Positions 1 through 9,901 of a stretch of DNA of 64,000 bases are shown here, one piece after another. The first letter of the stretch is position 1. Every line of letters starts with the position of its first letter. The DNA is from Candidatus Omnitrophota bacterium. GTDB lineage: Bacteria > Omnitrophota > Gorgyraeia > Velamenicoccales > Velamenicoccaceae. Made by a program: the position numbers and the translations under genes. The DNA is taken from the NCBI GenBank assembly GCA_020052645.1, contig JAGVOQ010000011.1:40890-104889 (forward strand). Direction: 5' to 3'. Below the pieces are notes generated by a model that was given only the letters and a program-made list of their open reading frames with translations, searched no databases and was not told where the DNA came from.

Positions 1-852
1 GGTGAAAAATTCATGATATCGTTTTTCGTTTTCCTGCAACACCGCCTGTGCCTTGCGAAGCTCTGTAATATCGCGTAACGTCGCAAAAAGCATTTTCTGG
101 CCTTCAAGCTCAATCCAATCCACATTCATAAGCGTAAAAAAAATCGAGCCGTCTTTCCGACGCAACGCCAATTCAAAATCACGGACGCGGCCGTTTGTTT
201 TTAAGACAGAAAGTATTTGATTACGACGCATACTATCAACATAAATTTCCTGAACATTAATTTTTTCGAAATCTTCGCCAAAATAGCCCGAAGCCAATTC
301 AACAGCTCGATTATGAGCGAAAACGCTGCCATCCAGCCTCGTTATAATGATCCCATCCGGTGACCAATCAAAAAGATTCCGGTATCTATCCTCGCTTTGC
401 TTAAACTGATCTTGCAATTTTTTGTACTCTGTGATATCGCTTACAACGGTGATGAGATATTTTTCATTCTGAAGTTCTATCATTTCAAGAGAAAGCAATC
501 CAGTACGAAATTCATCGTTACGAATTCTTATCTGCACTTCAAAATCCCGCACAAACCCTTGAGCCTTGAGCAATTGAATAAAGCTGGCACGTTGGTCCGG
601 ATTAGCATAGATATTAAGGTCCCGTGTTGTTTTTCCAATGACATCCTCTCGCCTATAATCAAAAATCTTCAAAAAATAATCATTAACTTCAACAAAGCGT
701 CCTTCTTCCACGGTCGTAATCGACATAAGCACAGGGCTCGCCTTGAATGCTTTTGTAAACATCTCTTGGCTCATAGAAAATACGCTCGGCCGCTTTTTAT
801 CAAAAACAACCTTTTTGCCGATCCTTTTTTTAATTAACTTTGATTTACCCAC
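1..852 (-). CDS. PAS-domain signalling protein, N-terminal part (gene runs past the window start)
   Basis: Absent from the ORF track because it has no stop in the window. My minus-strand translation from GTG at 852 stays open to base 1. It reads VGKSKLIKKRIGKKVVFDKKRPSVFSMSQEMFTKAFKASPVLMS...VVSDITEYKKLQDQFKQSEDRYRNLFDWS...RDITELRKAQAVLQENEKRYHEFFT, the typical DIT-E-x-K linkers between PAS modules. Confidence 0.8.
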   Translation of the reverse strand, partial: MGKSKLIKKRIGKKVVFDKKRPSVFSMSQEMFTKAFKASPVLMSITTVEEGRFVEVNDYFLKIFDYRREDVIGKTTRDLNIYANPDQRASFIQLLKAQGFVRDFEVQIRIRNDEFRTGLLSLEMIELQNEKYLITVVSDITEYKKLQDQFKQSEDRYRNLFDWSPDGIIITRLDGSVFAHNRAVELASGYFGEDFEKINVQEIYVDSMRRNQILSVLKTNGRVRDFELALRRKDGSIFFTLMNVDWIELEGQKMLFATLRDITELRKAQAVLQENEKRYHEFFT

Positions 853-898
853 GATACCCCGTTTTTTTCTAATTGAAAAAACACTTATGCCTCTTTAG

Positions 899-937
899 TA
901 AACCCCGTTAGAGAACTTCGTTCTCTAACGGGGTAAA
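899..937. repeat. 31-bp palindromic element (P element) copy 1, flanked by TAAA
   Basis: TAAA-CCCCGTTAGAGAAC-ttc-GTTCTCTAACGGGG-TAAA. Confidence 0.85.
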
Positions 938-954
938 ATCTCTTTACAAAAAAA

Positions 955-1428
955 TTATTTTTTTTCTAATGAATCAAGATAGGCCTGGTATTGCTTTTGC
1001 TGCTTCTCCCATACGCTCAAAAGGCCGTCTAATCTTTTTTGCTGCTCTTCTGTTTTTTCCGATTGTTTCAACAGCCTTTGCAGTATCAGCCTTTGATCAT
1101 CCCTGAATGCCTTCGTTTCTTCCATTTGGCGGGCAGATTCATTGTTTTGCTTCCTGGCCTCTTCCTGAATTGCTTTTTGAGCTTCCTGAATTTTTTCAGC
1201 TTCAGCCTGAAGCCTCTTTTCTTCGGCCAGTCGCCTGTCATACTCTTCCTGCTGTCTGGCGGAAGTAGCAAGCCTATCGCCATATTCTTTCATCATTTTT
1301 GTTTTAGCTTCATTTAGAGAAACTTTTTCATCTTCCTGCGTATTCAAATTTTCAGCATTTAAAATACAAGAAAAAGAAAAAATAGAAAAAATCACCAATA
1401 ACGGAATCACATTAACAGTCTTTTTCAT
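955..1428 (-). CDS. secreted coiled-coil protein (hypothetical)
   Basis: N-terminal signal peptide (MKKTVNVIPLLVIFSIFSFSC) followed by E/K/Q-rich heptad-like sequence. Confidence 0.55.
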   Translation of the reverse strand: MKKTVNVIPLLVIFSIFSFSCILNAENLNTQEDEKVSLNEAKTKMMKEYGDRLATSARQQEEYDRRLAEEKRLQAEAEKIQEAQKAIQEEARKQNNESARQMEETKAFRDDQRLILQRLLKQSEKTEEQQKRLDGLLSVWEKQQKQYQAYLDSLEKK

Positions 1429-1718
1429 CTTAAAACCCCCTTTTTTTTATTATCGGTTTCTTTTATTTCAAAAATTTGGGTAAAAGGTTCAATCGTTTGC
1501 ATCTTCGGATACGGCCCCCCACAACCCGATCCGCTCTGACCATTTGGCAGGAATATATATAGTACTTATTTTAACGCGAACAGGTTTTCAACGCAATATA
1601 TATCACGTCTAAAATCAACTTCTGCTTTACGCGTTTATAGAGTTAAACTCTATAATTTTTTGGACTTAATTTTGTTGCGGATAAAAAAACTTTTTTAAAA
1701 AAAATTTATTAACAGCAA

Positions 1719-2255
1719 CTAATTTTCAATCATTGATTTGACAAAATTATCATATTCGGACGTCGAAGAACAGACATCTCCTAAAAGCTCACAACTTACA
1801 GAAGGATAGTCGTAATAATGCCGCCCATCTCCTAAAATTTTAATAAACGCAGCGATTTTTTTCCCGCTTGGCACTTCAAAAATCTCAACGATGTTATTCC
1901 ATCTATTGCATAAAGGCGAACCATTTATTATCTGAACGAAACACTTGCCTAACTTGCGATTATAATGACCTCGATATTCTGAAATTTCCGGACTTTCTGG
2001 ATTCCGACAACCAAAATTCTTGAAAAAATCGTCCGCCTCCCGCGCGCAACTGTTCTGAGCGTCAAAATCGGATATTGCGTTTTTTCCACCAGGACCTTTA
2101 GAGAAGACCATGTCCTTTCCTTTGCGCGATACCTTTAAAAAAAAATGATAAGAAATAAAAACAACTGCCAAATTTAATAAGATAATCAAAATCATCCACC
2201 ACAGGCTATTCTTCTTAAAAAATTTCTGCATCCACTCTCCCAAATGTGCTCTCAT
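1719..2255 (-). CDS. membrane-anchored Cys-rich hypothetical protein
   Basis: One TM segment (LWWMILIILLNLAVVFISYHFF) followed by a soluble domain with 6 or more Cys. No family recognised. Confidence 0.45.
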   Translation of the reverse strand: MRAHLGEWMQKFFKKNSLWWMILIILLNLAVVFISYHFFLKVSRKGKDMVFSKGPGGKNAISDFDAQNSCAREADDFFKNFGCRNPESPEISEYRGHYNRKLGKCFVQIINGSPLCNRWNNIVEIFEVPSGKKIAAFIKILGDGRHYYDYPSVSCELLGDVCSSTSEYDNFVKSMIEN

Positions 2256-2330
2256 TTTTTTCTCTAAAACAAAACGTTTTTTATTCCAACCTTAACCTAA
2301 AGAATTTTTGAAAAAACATCCGCCCGACTA

Positions 2331-2867
2331 TTATCTCGCTTCGGAATATTCCCTAATCGAGCGATCCTGCCACTCCAATATCCCGCTCATTTTTTCTATG
2401 TCCTGCTTAGAAGCCTTATGGCTTATGTATATATTTTTAAAAATCTCCATCGCTTCTCTCTTTGATATTTCAGACAAACGGTTATATTTTAAACTGGCCC
2501 TTTCGTTACCTAAAACAATGGTCGCCATCAGTGCGTACTTATAAGATTCAATAAGCTTGGCGTGATATTGCTTAAATTCATCAGAAGGATGTAGGACCCC
2601 TAACCCATCGATAATAAAACGGCACCTTTGTTGCATACGTTGCGTGGCATCATCCCCCGCGATGGTGCCATCCTCATGTTTAGCCGGCGTTGTCAAACTC
2701 TTTTCAATAACTTGATTCACCTTATCCATATAGCTTCGCGCCCTTTTTTCCCATTTTTCAAACGTCCTGTGTTCGTCAGACGTCATAACAATCGTTTGCG
2801 CAAAAGCAACGTTTGAAAAAAATAAGGCCGCATTTAATCCCAGAGTTAAAACTTTTTTTATTTTCAT
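2331..2867 (-). CDS. secreted hypothetical protein
   Basis: ORF 2331..2915. The likely start is Met17 (MKIKKVLTLGLNAALFFSNVAFAQ signal peptide), ATG at 2867. Confidence 0.45.
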   Translation of the reverse strand: MKIKKVLTLGLNAALFFSNVAFAQTIVMTSDEHRTFEKWEKRARSYMDKVNQVIEKSLTTPAKHEDGTIAGDDATQRMQQRCRFIIDGLGVLHPSDEFKQYHAKLIESYKYALMATIVLGNERASLKYNRLSEISKREAMEIFKNIYISHKASKQDIEKMSGILEWQDRSIREYSEAR

Positions 2868-2962
2868 GCGTCTGAATCTAAAATTATCCATTTGTTTTAA
2901 CGTTTCAAGAACCAAAGCCTTGCATAAATAGATAAAAAGGAACCCTTGAAAAACTAAAATTT

Positions 2963-4819
2963 TTATTTTTTAAAAATAGTCCCCAAAAGGCTCTCAACGA
3001 TTTCTGCAGCCCCAGACTTATTCTCTTCGTTTGTCTGCGTTGGTAAAACCCTTGAGCCCTGAGCCGATGTTTGGGTATCCGTCTCTTTAACGCCAATGGC
3101 TTTATCAATCACCCTGATCAACTGCGTCTTTACTTGATTAACAACAAGCTTTTTCCCTATATACTCCGCGTCTACAATAAATTTCATCTCTCCCGCACTC
3201 TTTAAGATTTTAAGAGGGATATAGATCTCTCTATTTTCGTTTAAAAGATACTTAAGCTCCGGGACTCCGGCAACAAAAGCTGAAGAAAATTCCTCAAAAA
3301 TTAAAAAAGAACCCTCACAAGAAAATGCGCCGTCAAAACCAACTTCAACCGATCCCTTAAATAAGAATTCACTGGAGCCCAAAACCGCTTCCGGAACAAC
3401 CATGACTCCTTGTTTGATCGTCACAGGCAATTCTATATCCGAAAGAGCCGTATCCGTCTCTGTCAGCTTTTCCCGGTACTTTGTCGGTAAGTTGGTTTCC
3501 ATTTTTTCAGACAATCCCGGAATTACCGAAATCTTATCCAAAACAGTCTTTAAAACATTAATGTTTTTAAGTTTTGCCTTCTTGACAGAGATTGTTCCTT
3601 CTCCCGTCAATGAAGACAGGGCCTTTGGGTCGAACCCCTGGCCGGCAAGCTTCATCCCAACCGAAATATCTCCTTCAACTTTGACAGGCGCTTCTCCCTG
3701 TTTAAGAAGCTCTTGCGCTTTTAAATTTTCGGCATTAATGCTTACCGTAAAATTCTGTTCCTTTAAATAATCTTTTATTATCCCGGCAGCGTTAACCGTA
3801 CCGCCTGCTAAACCCAGCAACGCATCCTCTAAAACAATCTCCGATTGTGTCATCTTAATATCCAACCGAACGTCTTTGATCGGTGAAGCCAATTCCTTAA
3901 ATTCCGCGAAACCATCTTTTAAGGAAACATCGCCCATTAATTCCGAAAGTCCCCCAGGGCCAACCGTCATCTTTTCAATCTTCACGTCAGCCAGGCCTTT
4001 AAGCTGGGTGGGCATTGTCGCGTTCTTTGCGTTAGGAAACACTTCAGGGATCTTTTCTAATAGAAATTCGGAAAGATCTGTTGCGCCTTTTAGCTCAGTA
4101 ACAGTTGCTGTGTCTGTCTTCATATCAAGGCTGACTTTCCCCTTAATCTTGATATTCTTCTTCGTGCTTAAAACAACACCTTCGGCAACAAAAGGAAAAG
4201 GCTCTGTTAAAGAAATATTATCCACCTTAACACTTACATCAGAAATCACCAATTTCAATTCCGGCTCAAAAGACCGATCCAGATATGTCACCTGTCCCCG
4301 ACTTAACACAAAAGAAGAAATAAGAAGCGGTGGCAAGGCAGGCGTTGCAGAAACAGCCTTCTTTTCTTCTTCTTGTGCCTCTTTTTTCTCGTCTTGAGAC
4401 ACTTTTGATCCAAGACTATTAACATTCAAACTGCCGTCTTTGCGTCGAATAATCGTGACCGTTGGTGTATCAACAAAAATCCGTGGGATCAAAAATTTTT
4501 TTTTGAAGAGATACTTTAAAACATCCACGCTTAAAAGAACACCCCGAACATTTAAAAAATCTCCTTTTTGAAATGCTGGATCCTCTCCGATTGAGAGCTC
4601 ATTGACTTTTAAAACAAATCCATTTGCTAAAGAAATATCTAAGACGGCATTTTCAAAATCAACATCCCTATTCAGCGCAACTTTGGCCTCGCTTAAAATT
4701 CGAGGCTTGAAACGATTGACATCGAATGTTTTAACAAAGATAAAAAGAGCAATGATCAAGAGGAACACCAAAACAAAAAACGAAATTAGAACATTCTTAA
4801 AAATTTTCAATTTGCTCAC
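2963..4819 (-). CDS. AsmA-family outer-membrane biogenesis protein
   Basis: N-terminal TM anchor, then FDVNRFKPRILSEAKVALNRDVDFENAVLDISL, an AsmA-type N-terminus. 618 aa, beta-rich. Confidence 0.65.
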   Translation of the reverse strand: MSKLKIFKNVLISFFVLVFLLIIALFIFVKTFDVNRFKPRILSEAKVALNRDVDFENAVLDISLANGFVLKVNELSIGEDPAFQKGDFLNVRGVLLSVDVLKYLFKKKFLIPRIFVDTPTVTIIRRKDGSLNVNSLGSKVSQDEKKEAQEEEKKAVSATPALPPLLISSFVLSRGQVTYLDRSFEPELKLVISDVSVKVDNISLTEPFPFVAEGVVLSTKKNIKIKGKVSLDMKTDTATVTELKGATDLSEFLLEKIPEVFPNAKNATMPTQLKGLADVKIEKMTVGPGGLSELMGDVSLKDGFAEFKELASPIKDVRLDIKMTQSEIVLEDALLGLAGGTVNAAGIIKDYLKEQNFTVSINAENLKAQELLKQGEAPVKVEGDISVGMKLAGQGFDPKALSSLTGEGTISVKKAKLKNINVLKTVLDKISVIPGLSEKMETNLPTKYREKLTETDTALSDIELPVTIKQGVMVVPEAVLGSSEFLFKGSVEVGFDGAFSCEGSFLIFEEFSSAFVAGVPELKYLLNENREIYIPLKILKSAGEMKFIVDAEYIGKKLVVNQVKTQLIRVIDKAIGVKETDTQTSAQGSRVLPTQTNEENKSGAAEIVESLLGTIFKK

Positions 4820-4950
4820 CTGGGTTAAATCTTATTTTAAAAAGTAGTGGAATCCCCCGGGCTAAAGGCCGGGGTTCCTTTTTTCTTTCAAACAATCTCG
4901 AAAATAATTCTTACAACACCTTCCCGGGGGTCCCCTCCCAAAGGCAACCT

Positions 4951-4999
4951 GCATTCATCCCCGGCCTAAAGGCCTTAGGAATCCTGCCGTGGGATTGAA
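4951..4999. repeat. degenerate copy of the 3' module of the 69-bp repeat family
   Basis: GCATTCATCCCCGGCCTAAAGGCCTTAGGAATCCTGCCGTGGGATTGAA, compared with CCATTCATCCCAAGGGTTAAAGCCCAAAGATTTCTGCGGAGGATTAAA at 25746-25793. Confidence 0.5.
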
Positions 5000-5023
5000 T
5001 AATCGTATACACCGGCACCACTG

Positions 5024-6076
5024 TCATTGGCTCAATTTAAAATATCGTTTCTTAAAATATAATGACACGCTGACAAGACTTATCAAAACAGGCACCTCCA
5101 CAAGAGGCCCGATCACAGCCGCAAACGCAGCTCCTGAATTAATTCCGAACACAGCCACGGCCACGGCAATGGCCAATTCAAAATTATTGCTGGCAGCTGT
5201 AAATGACAGCGTCGCTGTTTTGGCGTATCCGGCCTTAAATTTATGGCCCATATAAAACGAGATCAAGAACATAACAACAAAATAAATCAAAAGCGGCAAA
5301 GCGATCCTTAGAACATCCGAGGGGATGCGCACGATGAATCCGCCTTTTAAAGAAAACATAACGATAATAGTAAATAAGAGTGCTGCAAACGTTATAGGAC
5401 TGATCCTCGGAATGAATTTCTTTTCGTACCATTCTTTATTTTTAAGTTTGATAAGAACAAAACGCGTGAACATGCCTGCGATAAAAGGAATTCCTAAATA
5501 GATAAAAACACTCTTGGCGATCTGAGCTATTGTTATGTTGACCGCGACCCCTTTCAAACCAAACCAGCCCGGCAAAACAGTAATAAAAATCCAGGCATAC
5601 ACCGAATAGAATAAAACCTGAAAAATCGAATTAAATGCCACGAGCCCCGCGCAATATTCGGTATCACCCTTCGCCAACTCGTTCCAAACAATAACCATAG
5701 CGATACATCGCGCAAGCCCAATCATAATAAGACCGACCATATATTCAGGATACCCCCGCAAAAATACAACCGCGAGGATAAACATAAGAATAGGCCCAAT
5801 CACCCAGTTTTGAATAAGCGAAAGCCATAAAACTTTTGTGTTACGAAATACATCCCCCATTTCTTCGTATTTAACCTTTGCCAATGGCGGGTACATCATA
5901 AGGATCAGACCGATCGCAATCGGAACATTCGTCGTCCCTGCCTGGAACTGATTCCAAAAATTCACGATCTGTGGAAAAAAATATCCCGACCCTACGCCTA
6001 ACGCCATAGCCAGAAAAATCCATAACGTCAAAAATCTATCCAAAAAAGATAACCGCCGATCCACGCTCATTGCCAT
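5024..6076 (-). CDS. acr3: arsenite efflux transporter, ACR3 family
   Basis: [29 protein letters not shown] and a 10-TM layout typical of ACR3. Confidence 0.88.
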   Translation of the reverse strand: MAMSVDRRLSFLDRFLTLWIFLAMALGVGSGYFFPQIVNFWNQFQAGTTNVPIAIGLILMMYPPLAKVKYEEMGDVFRNTKVLWLSLIQNWVIGPILMFILAVVFLRGYPEYMVGLIMIGLARCIAMVIVWNELAKGDTEYCAGLVAFNSIFQVLFYSVYAWIFITVLPGWFGLKGVAVNITIAQIAKSVFIYLGIPFIAGMFTRFVLIKLKNKEWYEKKFIPRISPITFAALLFTIIVMFSLKGGFIVRIPSDVLRIALPLLIYFVVMFLISFYMGHKFKAGYAKTATLSFTAASNNFELAIAVAVAVFGINSGAAFAAVIGPLVEVPVLISLVSVSLYFKKRYFKLSQ

Positions 6077-6087
6077 CGCGCCTTCCC

Positions 6088-6780
6088 TTATTTAAATAAC
6101 TTCAGAATAGTGGCGTCTAAATAATACAACCCTACAATAATAAAAATACCGCCTGTAATTTTACGGGCATAGTATTCGACTTTCGTGATCCGCTGGAACC
6201 AATGACTCATCGAGGTAACGCCTAAGGCAATAGTTACTGAAAATATGAACACCGGAAGCCCCGTTCCCGCACCATAAACAAAAGGCAATAATGCCCCCAC
6301 TTTGCTATTAAGCGCCAACGGGATAAGGCTGCCGAAAAACAATGCCGCTGAAACCGGACAAAACGCTAATGCGAAAATAACCCCTAAAAAAAACGCTCCG
6401 GGCGCTCCTGACTCCGCAAGTTTATTTTGATGATCTTGAGACAATGCCACGCCAGGAAATCTTATTGTGACCACTTCCAGTAAAAATAATCCGGTGATTA
6501 TCAAAAGAGGCCCTAATGCCTTAACCATATTTTTCTGCAGAAACTGCGCCACTTGCGGCACGCTTAAAAGAGAATTAATAATGACCCAGCCGAGAACTGC
6601 ATAAGCCGCCATCCTACCAAGTGTGTAGGCAAGCCCTGAAATAAATACCAGCGCCGGATGAGCGATCCTCTTTGAAAGAAACGATACTGCCGCGATATTT
6701 GTAGCCAAGGGACACGGACTAATGGATGTCAGAATCCCCAGCCACAATGCTGACGCAAAACTTATCGATATCTCTGTCAT
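6088..6780 (-). CDS. CcdA/DsbD-type transmembrane thiol-disulfide electron transporter
   Basis: Six TM segments. Has the [10 protein letters not shown] Cys-Pro motif in TM1 and a second CP ([10 protein letters not shown]). Confidence 0.7.
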   Translation of the reverse strand: MTEISISFASALWLGILTSISPCPLATNIAAVSFLSKRIAHPALVFISGLAYTLGRMAAYAVLGWVIINSLLSVPQVAQFLQKNMVKALGPLLIITGLFLLEVVTIRFPGVALSQDHQNKLAESGAPGAFFLGVIFALAFCPVSAALFFGSLIPLALNSKVGALLPFVYGAGTGLPVFIFSVTIALGVTSMSHWFQRITKVEYYARKITGGIFIIVGLYYLDATILKLFK

Positions 6781-7214
6781 TCGGTTTCCTTTAAAAAATT
6801 AGCAACTTCACCCTTCACATAATTAATAAATTTCTGCTTATTACCAACATGCTCCCAGACTTTCTCAAGATTAATCCACTTTATTTGCTTGCCGTCCTTG
6901 ACTAATGACAAAATAAGCGATTTGGTATAAAGTTTGTAGTCGTTTGTATAATGTTCATTACCTTTATCTTCTAAATTCACAGCCTTAAATTCCAGCTTTC
7001 CCGACGCGAGCGCATCTTTAAAGTTTGCTTCGATAGCTTCTTGTGAATATTGCTCAAGTTTATGGCAAGTCGAACAACGAAATGTTCCATGAAAATAATA
7101 GACAATAACGCGTGAACCCTTTTCATCTTCTCCGGCTTGAATCAACGACACAAGAATCATGCTTAAGCTAATAAACACAACAGCCATTACAAGAATTAAA
7201 AATAACTTCTTCAA
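6777..7214 (-). CDS. exported thioredoxin-fold protein with CxxC
   Basis: Signal/anchor, then VIVYYFHGTFRCSTCHKLE (CxxC). Its start overlaps the stop of the next gene by 4 nt. Confidence 0.5.
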   Translation of the reverse strand: MKKLFLILVMAVVFISLSMILVSLIQAGEDEKGSRVIVYYFHGTFRCSTCHKLEQYSQEAIEANFKDALASGKLEFKAVNLEDKGNEHYTNDYKLYTKSLILSLVKDGKQIKWINLEKVWEHVGNKQKFINYVKGEVANFLKETE

Positions 7215-7225
7215 TTTGCCCCCTG

Positions 7226-7459
7226 TTATTTTGACAAAATCTTCTTAATTTCGTCTTTACTCAACACCTTGCCTGCTGTTATCACAACACCATCCACTAC
7301 CAAAGCAGGCGTCATCATCACGCCGTACTCGATGATCTTGCCGATATCTGTCACTTTATTGACCTCAACCTGAATATTCAATTCTTTAACTGCCGCCTCT
7401 GCATTTGCGGCAAATTGTTTGCATTTAGGGCAACCTGTACCCAAAACTTCAATCTTCAT
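7226..7459 (-). CDS. small thioredoxin-family protein (redox-active disulfide protein 2 type)
   Basis: MKIEVLGTGCPKCKQ... The track ORF (to 7546) is trimmed to Met30, which is preceded by GAGGG. Confidence 0.8.
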   Translation of the reverse strand: MKIEVLGTGCPKCKQFAANAEAAVKELNIQVEVNKVTDIGKIIEYGVMMTPALVVDGVVITAGKVLSKDEIKKILSK

Positions 7460-7472
7460 TCTTTCCCTCTTT

Positions 7473-8264
7473 TCACTTCTTAAAAGCCAGGACTTTAATA
7501 CTAAGAACCGCGTCTTTGGCGGCCTCAAAATTCTCAAACATCGCATCCACAGGATAACTCGCCTGGCTGACCACTTTTACATCCTGGAATCCGGCCATGG
7601 TTATAAATTTCAGATAATCGTCTTTCATAATGGCCCCAGCCAGACAGCCCACGTAAGCCTCAACAGACTCCTTAATAGGATCCGGAAGTTTCTTCGTAAG
7701 CACTAAATCAGAAACCATCAACCTGCCGCCGGTTTTTAATACCCTGAAAGCTTCCTTAAAAACCGTCTCTTTATCCGGCGATAAATTAATCACACAGTTT
7801 GAGATGATCACGTCTATGGAGCTATCTTCAATAAGGAGTTTCTCTATTTCACCCAAACGAAATTCGACATTTTCATACCCGCCCTTTTCGGCGTTAGCCC
7901 TTGCCTTCTCAAGCATTTCAGGAGTCATATCAACACCGATCACACGCCCATTCTGCCCGACTCTTTGTGCTGCAAGAAACGCATCAAATCCGGCACCGCT
8001 TCCCAAATCAAGCACGACTTCACCTTCTTTTAAAGATGCCAAGGCAACAGGATTGCCACAGCCTAGCCCGAGGTTGGCACCTTCAGGCACTTCCTTCATC
8101 TCTTGATCGCTGTATCCGACAGCAAAACTAACATCCTGCGCTTTATTAACACTTCCACAGCAGGAACTCGAGGAACAACAAGTTGTTCCTCGTGCTGCCA
8201 CTCTGCCATATCCTTCTTTAACGAATTTTTTTATCTCTTTTGCGTCTTTTTTCATATCTTGCAC
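7473..8264 (-). CDS. arsM: arsenite S-adenosylmethionine methyltransferase
   Basis: Cys-rich N-terminus (TTCCSSSSCCGS), SAM motif VLDLGSGAGFD and the GCLAGA cysteine, typical of ArsM. Confidence 0.85.
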   Translation of the reverse strand: MQDMKKDAKEIKKFVKEGYGRVAARGTTCCSSSSCCGSVNKAQDVSFAVGYSDQEMKEVPEGANLGLGCGNPVALASLKEGEVVLDLGSGAGFDAFLAAQRVGQNGRVIGVDMTPEMLEKARANAEKGGYENVEFRLGEIEKLLIEDSSIDVIISNCVINLSPDKETVFKEAFRVLKTGGRLMVSDLVLTKKLPDPIKESVEAYVGCLAGAIMKDDYLKFITMAGFQDVKVVSQASYPVDAMFENFEAAKDAVLSIKVLAFKK

Positions 8265-8268
8265 CTTT

Positions 8269-9222
8269 CTATCGTAATATCAAATTAAACAAATACCCTG
8301 TAAACATAATCCCCATACCCACCACTGAAGCAAAAATGATAAGTAACTTCAGCTTCATGGCTCTTCGCAGAATAATAAATTCCGGAAGCGAAAGCGCGGT
8401 AACAGCCATCATAAAAGAAAGAGCTGTTCCCATAGCAACGCCTTTTTCAGTTAACGCGCTGACAAGAGGAATAACCCCGGCAGCATTGGAATACAAAGGA
8501 ATACCAATAAGCGTCGCCAAAGGAACTGCAAGCCAATTTCCTTTGCCTGCTATTCTGCCTAGAAAATCCGCAGGGACATAACCATGAATCCAGGCCCCTA
8601 CCCCAATGCCTAAAATAACAAACAACCATATTCTTTTTAAAAGATCCGTAACGTATTCTTCGGCATAAACAATCCTATCCCGAAATTTCATGCCTGATAG
8701 TAACACAGCACAGCAAGCCTGCTTCTTTTGACCAAATTGTTCAACCAAATCCTCAACCTTAAAGCTACCGATCACGATGCCTGAAACAATCGCAATAACA
8801 AGCCCGCTGCCGATATAAATCAAGGATATCTTCCAACCAAAAATCCCCCACAACATCACCAGCGCCACTTCATTGATCATGGGCGATGCTACTAAAAAAG
8901 AAAACGTTACACCCAACGGAACCCCGGCTTCTAAAAAACCCAAAAATAACGGAACAGCACTGCAAGAACAAAACGGGGTAACAATCCCTAAAAATGCCGC
9001 CAAAACATTTCCCCAACAATTCTTCTTATTGCTTAAAATTAGGCGCGTTTTTTCAGGAGAAAAAAAAGTCCGTATGATAGCGACGATAAAAATGATAACA
9101 GTCAATAAGAGAAAAATCTTGATAGTGTCATAAAGAAAAAAATTAAGGGCCTCAGATAAAAGAGCCCCTTTTCGCATCTTAAAAATACCATACACCAACC
9201 AGTCAATGATCGGTTTAATCAT
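8269..9222 (-). CDS. ArsP-type (UPF0718) permease
   Basis: Polytopic membrane protein with the TPFCSCSAVPL vicinal-Cys motif of the predicted-permease/ArsP family. Confidence 0.7.
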   Translation of the reverse strand: MIKPIIDWLVYGIFKMRKGALLSEALNFFLYDTIKIFLLLTVIIFIVAIIRTFFSPEKTRLILSNKKNCWGNVLAAFLGIVTPFCSCSAVPLFLGFLEAGVPLGVTFSFLVASPMINEVALVMLWGIFGWKISLIYIGSGLVIAIVSGIVIGSFKVEDLVEQFGQKKQACCAVLLSGMKFRDRIVYAEEYVTDLLKRIWLFVILGIGVGAWIHGYVPADFLGRIAGKGNWLAVPLATLIGIPLYSNAAGVIPLVSALTEKGVAMGTALSFMMAVTALSLPEFIILRRAMKLKLLIIFASVVGMGIMFTGYLFNLILR

Positions 9223-9542
9223 GGCTTATCTTTCCCTTTCTTTTTTATAATCTCACAACAGCCGCCTTCAATCCGTATGGCTTTTATATTAACCAGCCCA
9301 TCAGCAATCTTTCTCTGCGCAGATGTTAAAATGCGAGAGAATGTCGGCCTTGAAATTTGCATGAGCTTTGCGGCATCAATTTGTTTTAATCCTTCCAAAC
9401 ACGCCAGACGAACCGCCTCAAATTCATCCAAAGACAAATAGACCCCTTTGCATTTGCGCATAGGCTTACACTGGGGCTTAAAACAACGTTCGCCCGGAAC
9501 GCATTTGACCCATCGTGTTTTTTTAGGACGCATAAAATTCAT
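9219..9542 (-). CDS. DUF134 (UPF0251) putative DNA-binding protein
   Basis: RPKKTRWVKCVPGERCFKPQ N-terminus plus an HTH (IDAAKLMQISRPTFSRIL). First gene of the ars operon. Confidence 0.7.
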   Translation of the reverse strand: MNFMRPKKTRWVKCVPGERCFKPQCKPMRKCKGVYLSLDEFEAVRLACLEGLKQIDAAKLMQISRPTFSRILTSAQRKIADGLVNIKAIRIEGGCCEIIKKKGKDKP

Positions 9543-9546
9543 TCCT

Positions 9547-9570
9547 AGTTATGAACATATGTTCATAACT
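9547..9570. promoter_or_regulatory. perfect 24-bp palindrome, candidate operator of the ars operon
   Basis: AGTTATGAACAT|ATGTTCATAACT, 5 nt upstream of the DUF134 start codon. Confidence 0.5.
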
Positions 9571-9620
9571 ATACCACCGTCTTTATGAATGTCAAATATA
9601 ATTTTTGCGGGAAACAAAAC

Positions 9621-9646
9621 AAAAAAGGCACCCAATTACAGGTGCC
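9621..9646 (-). terminator. intrinsic terminator hairpin (bidirectional shape)
   Basis: GGCACC-caattaca-GGTGCC, flanked by A6 and T5. On the minus strand it ends in a T-run. Confidence 0.6.
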
Positions 9647-9901
9647 TTTTTATTGTTTGTTGATCGACTGCATGTTTCACCCTTCGGCGGCACTCACTGA
9701 ATGTTCCTTTCCGAATGCATTATTGTGTGTCGCGGAACTGCGATCAAGCACATTAATGTGTACCATAGATAGATCCAGCACAGTTCTTGCAAACGTTAGC
9801 GAACTAGGGTTGAACGAACGAGAAGATTAAAGAGAGCCACCCGTATTCGCCAAAGGCTCATACGGGTATAGAGATGTCCAATCTAAAATGATGAGCATCT
9901 C

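Noticed and set aside
397-837. 146-aa plus-strand ORF
   Set aside because: It lies entirely antisense to a well-supported PAS-domain gene (1-852, minus). Its translation is low-complexity with no motif, so it is a shadow ORF.
7460-7546. N-terminal extensions of track ORFs (7226..7546, 9902..10417, 10332..11039, 19346..20071, 43924..44349, 33294..34565, 48105..48623)
   Set aside because: The extensions overlap the 3' end of the upstream gene or repeat DNA. They precede an internal Met that has a good RBS or a stop-start overlap, and homologous families start at that internal Met.
9585-9830. 81-aa plus-strand ORF, and a tmRNA-like reading GCAAACGTTAGCGAA... (ANVSELGLNERED*)
   Set aside because: There is no RBS, and the ORF runs through a terminator hairpin. 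The tag-like peptide does not end in the hydrophobic residues typical of tmRNA tags. No tRNA-like acceptor or T-arm flanks it.
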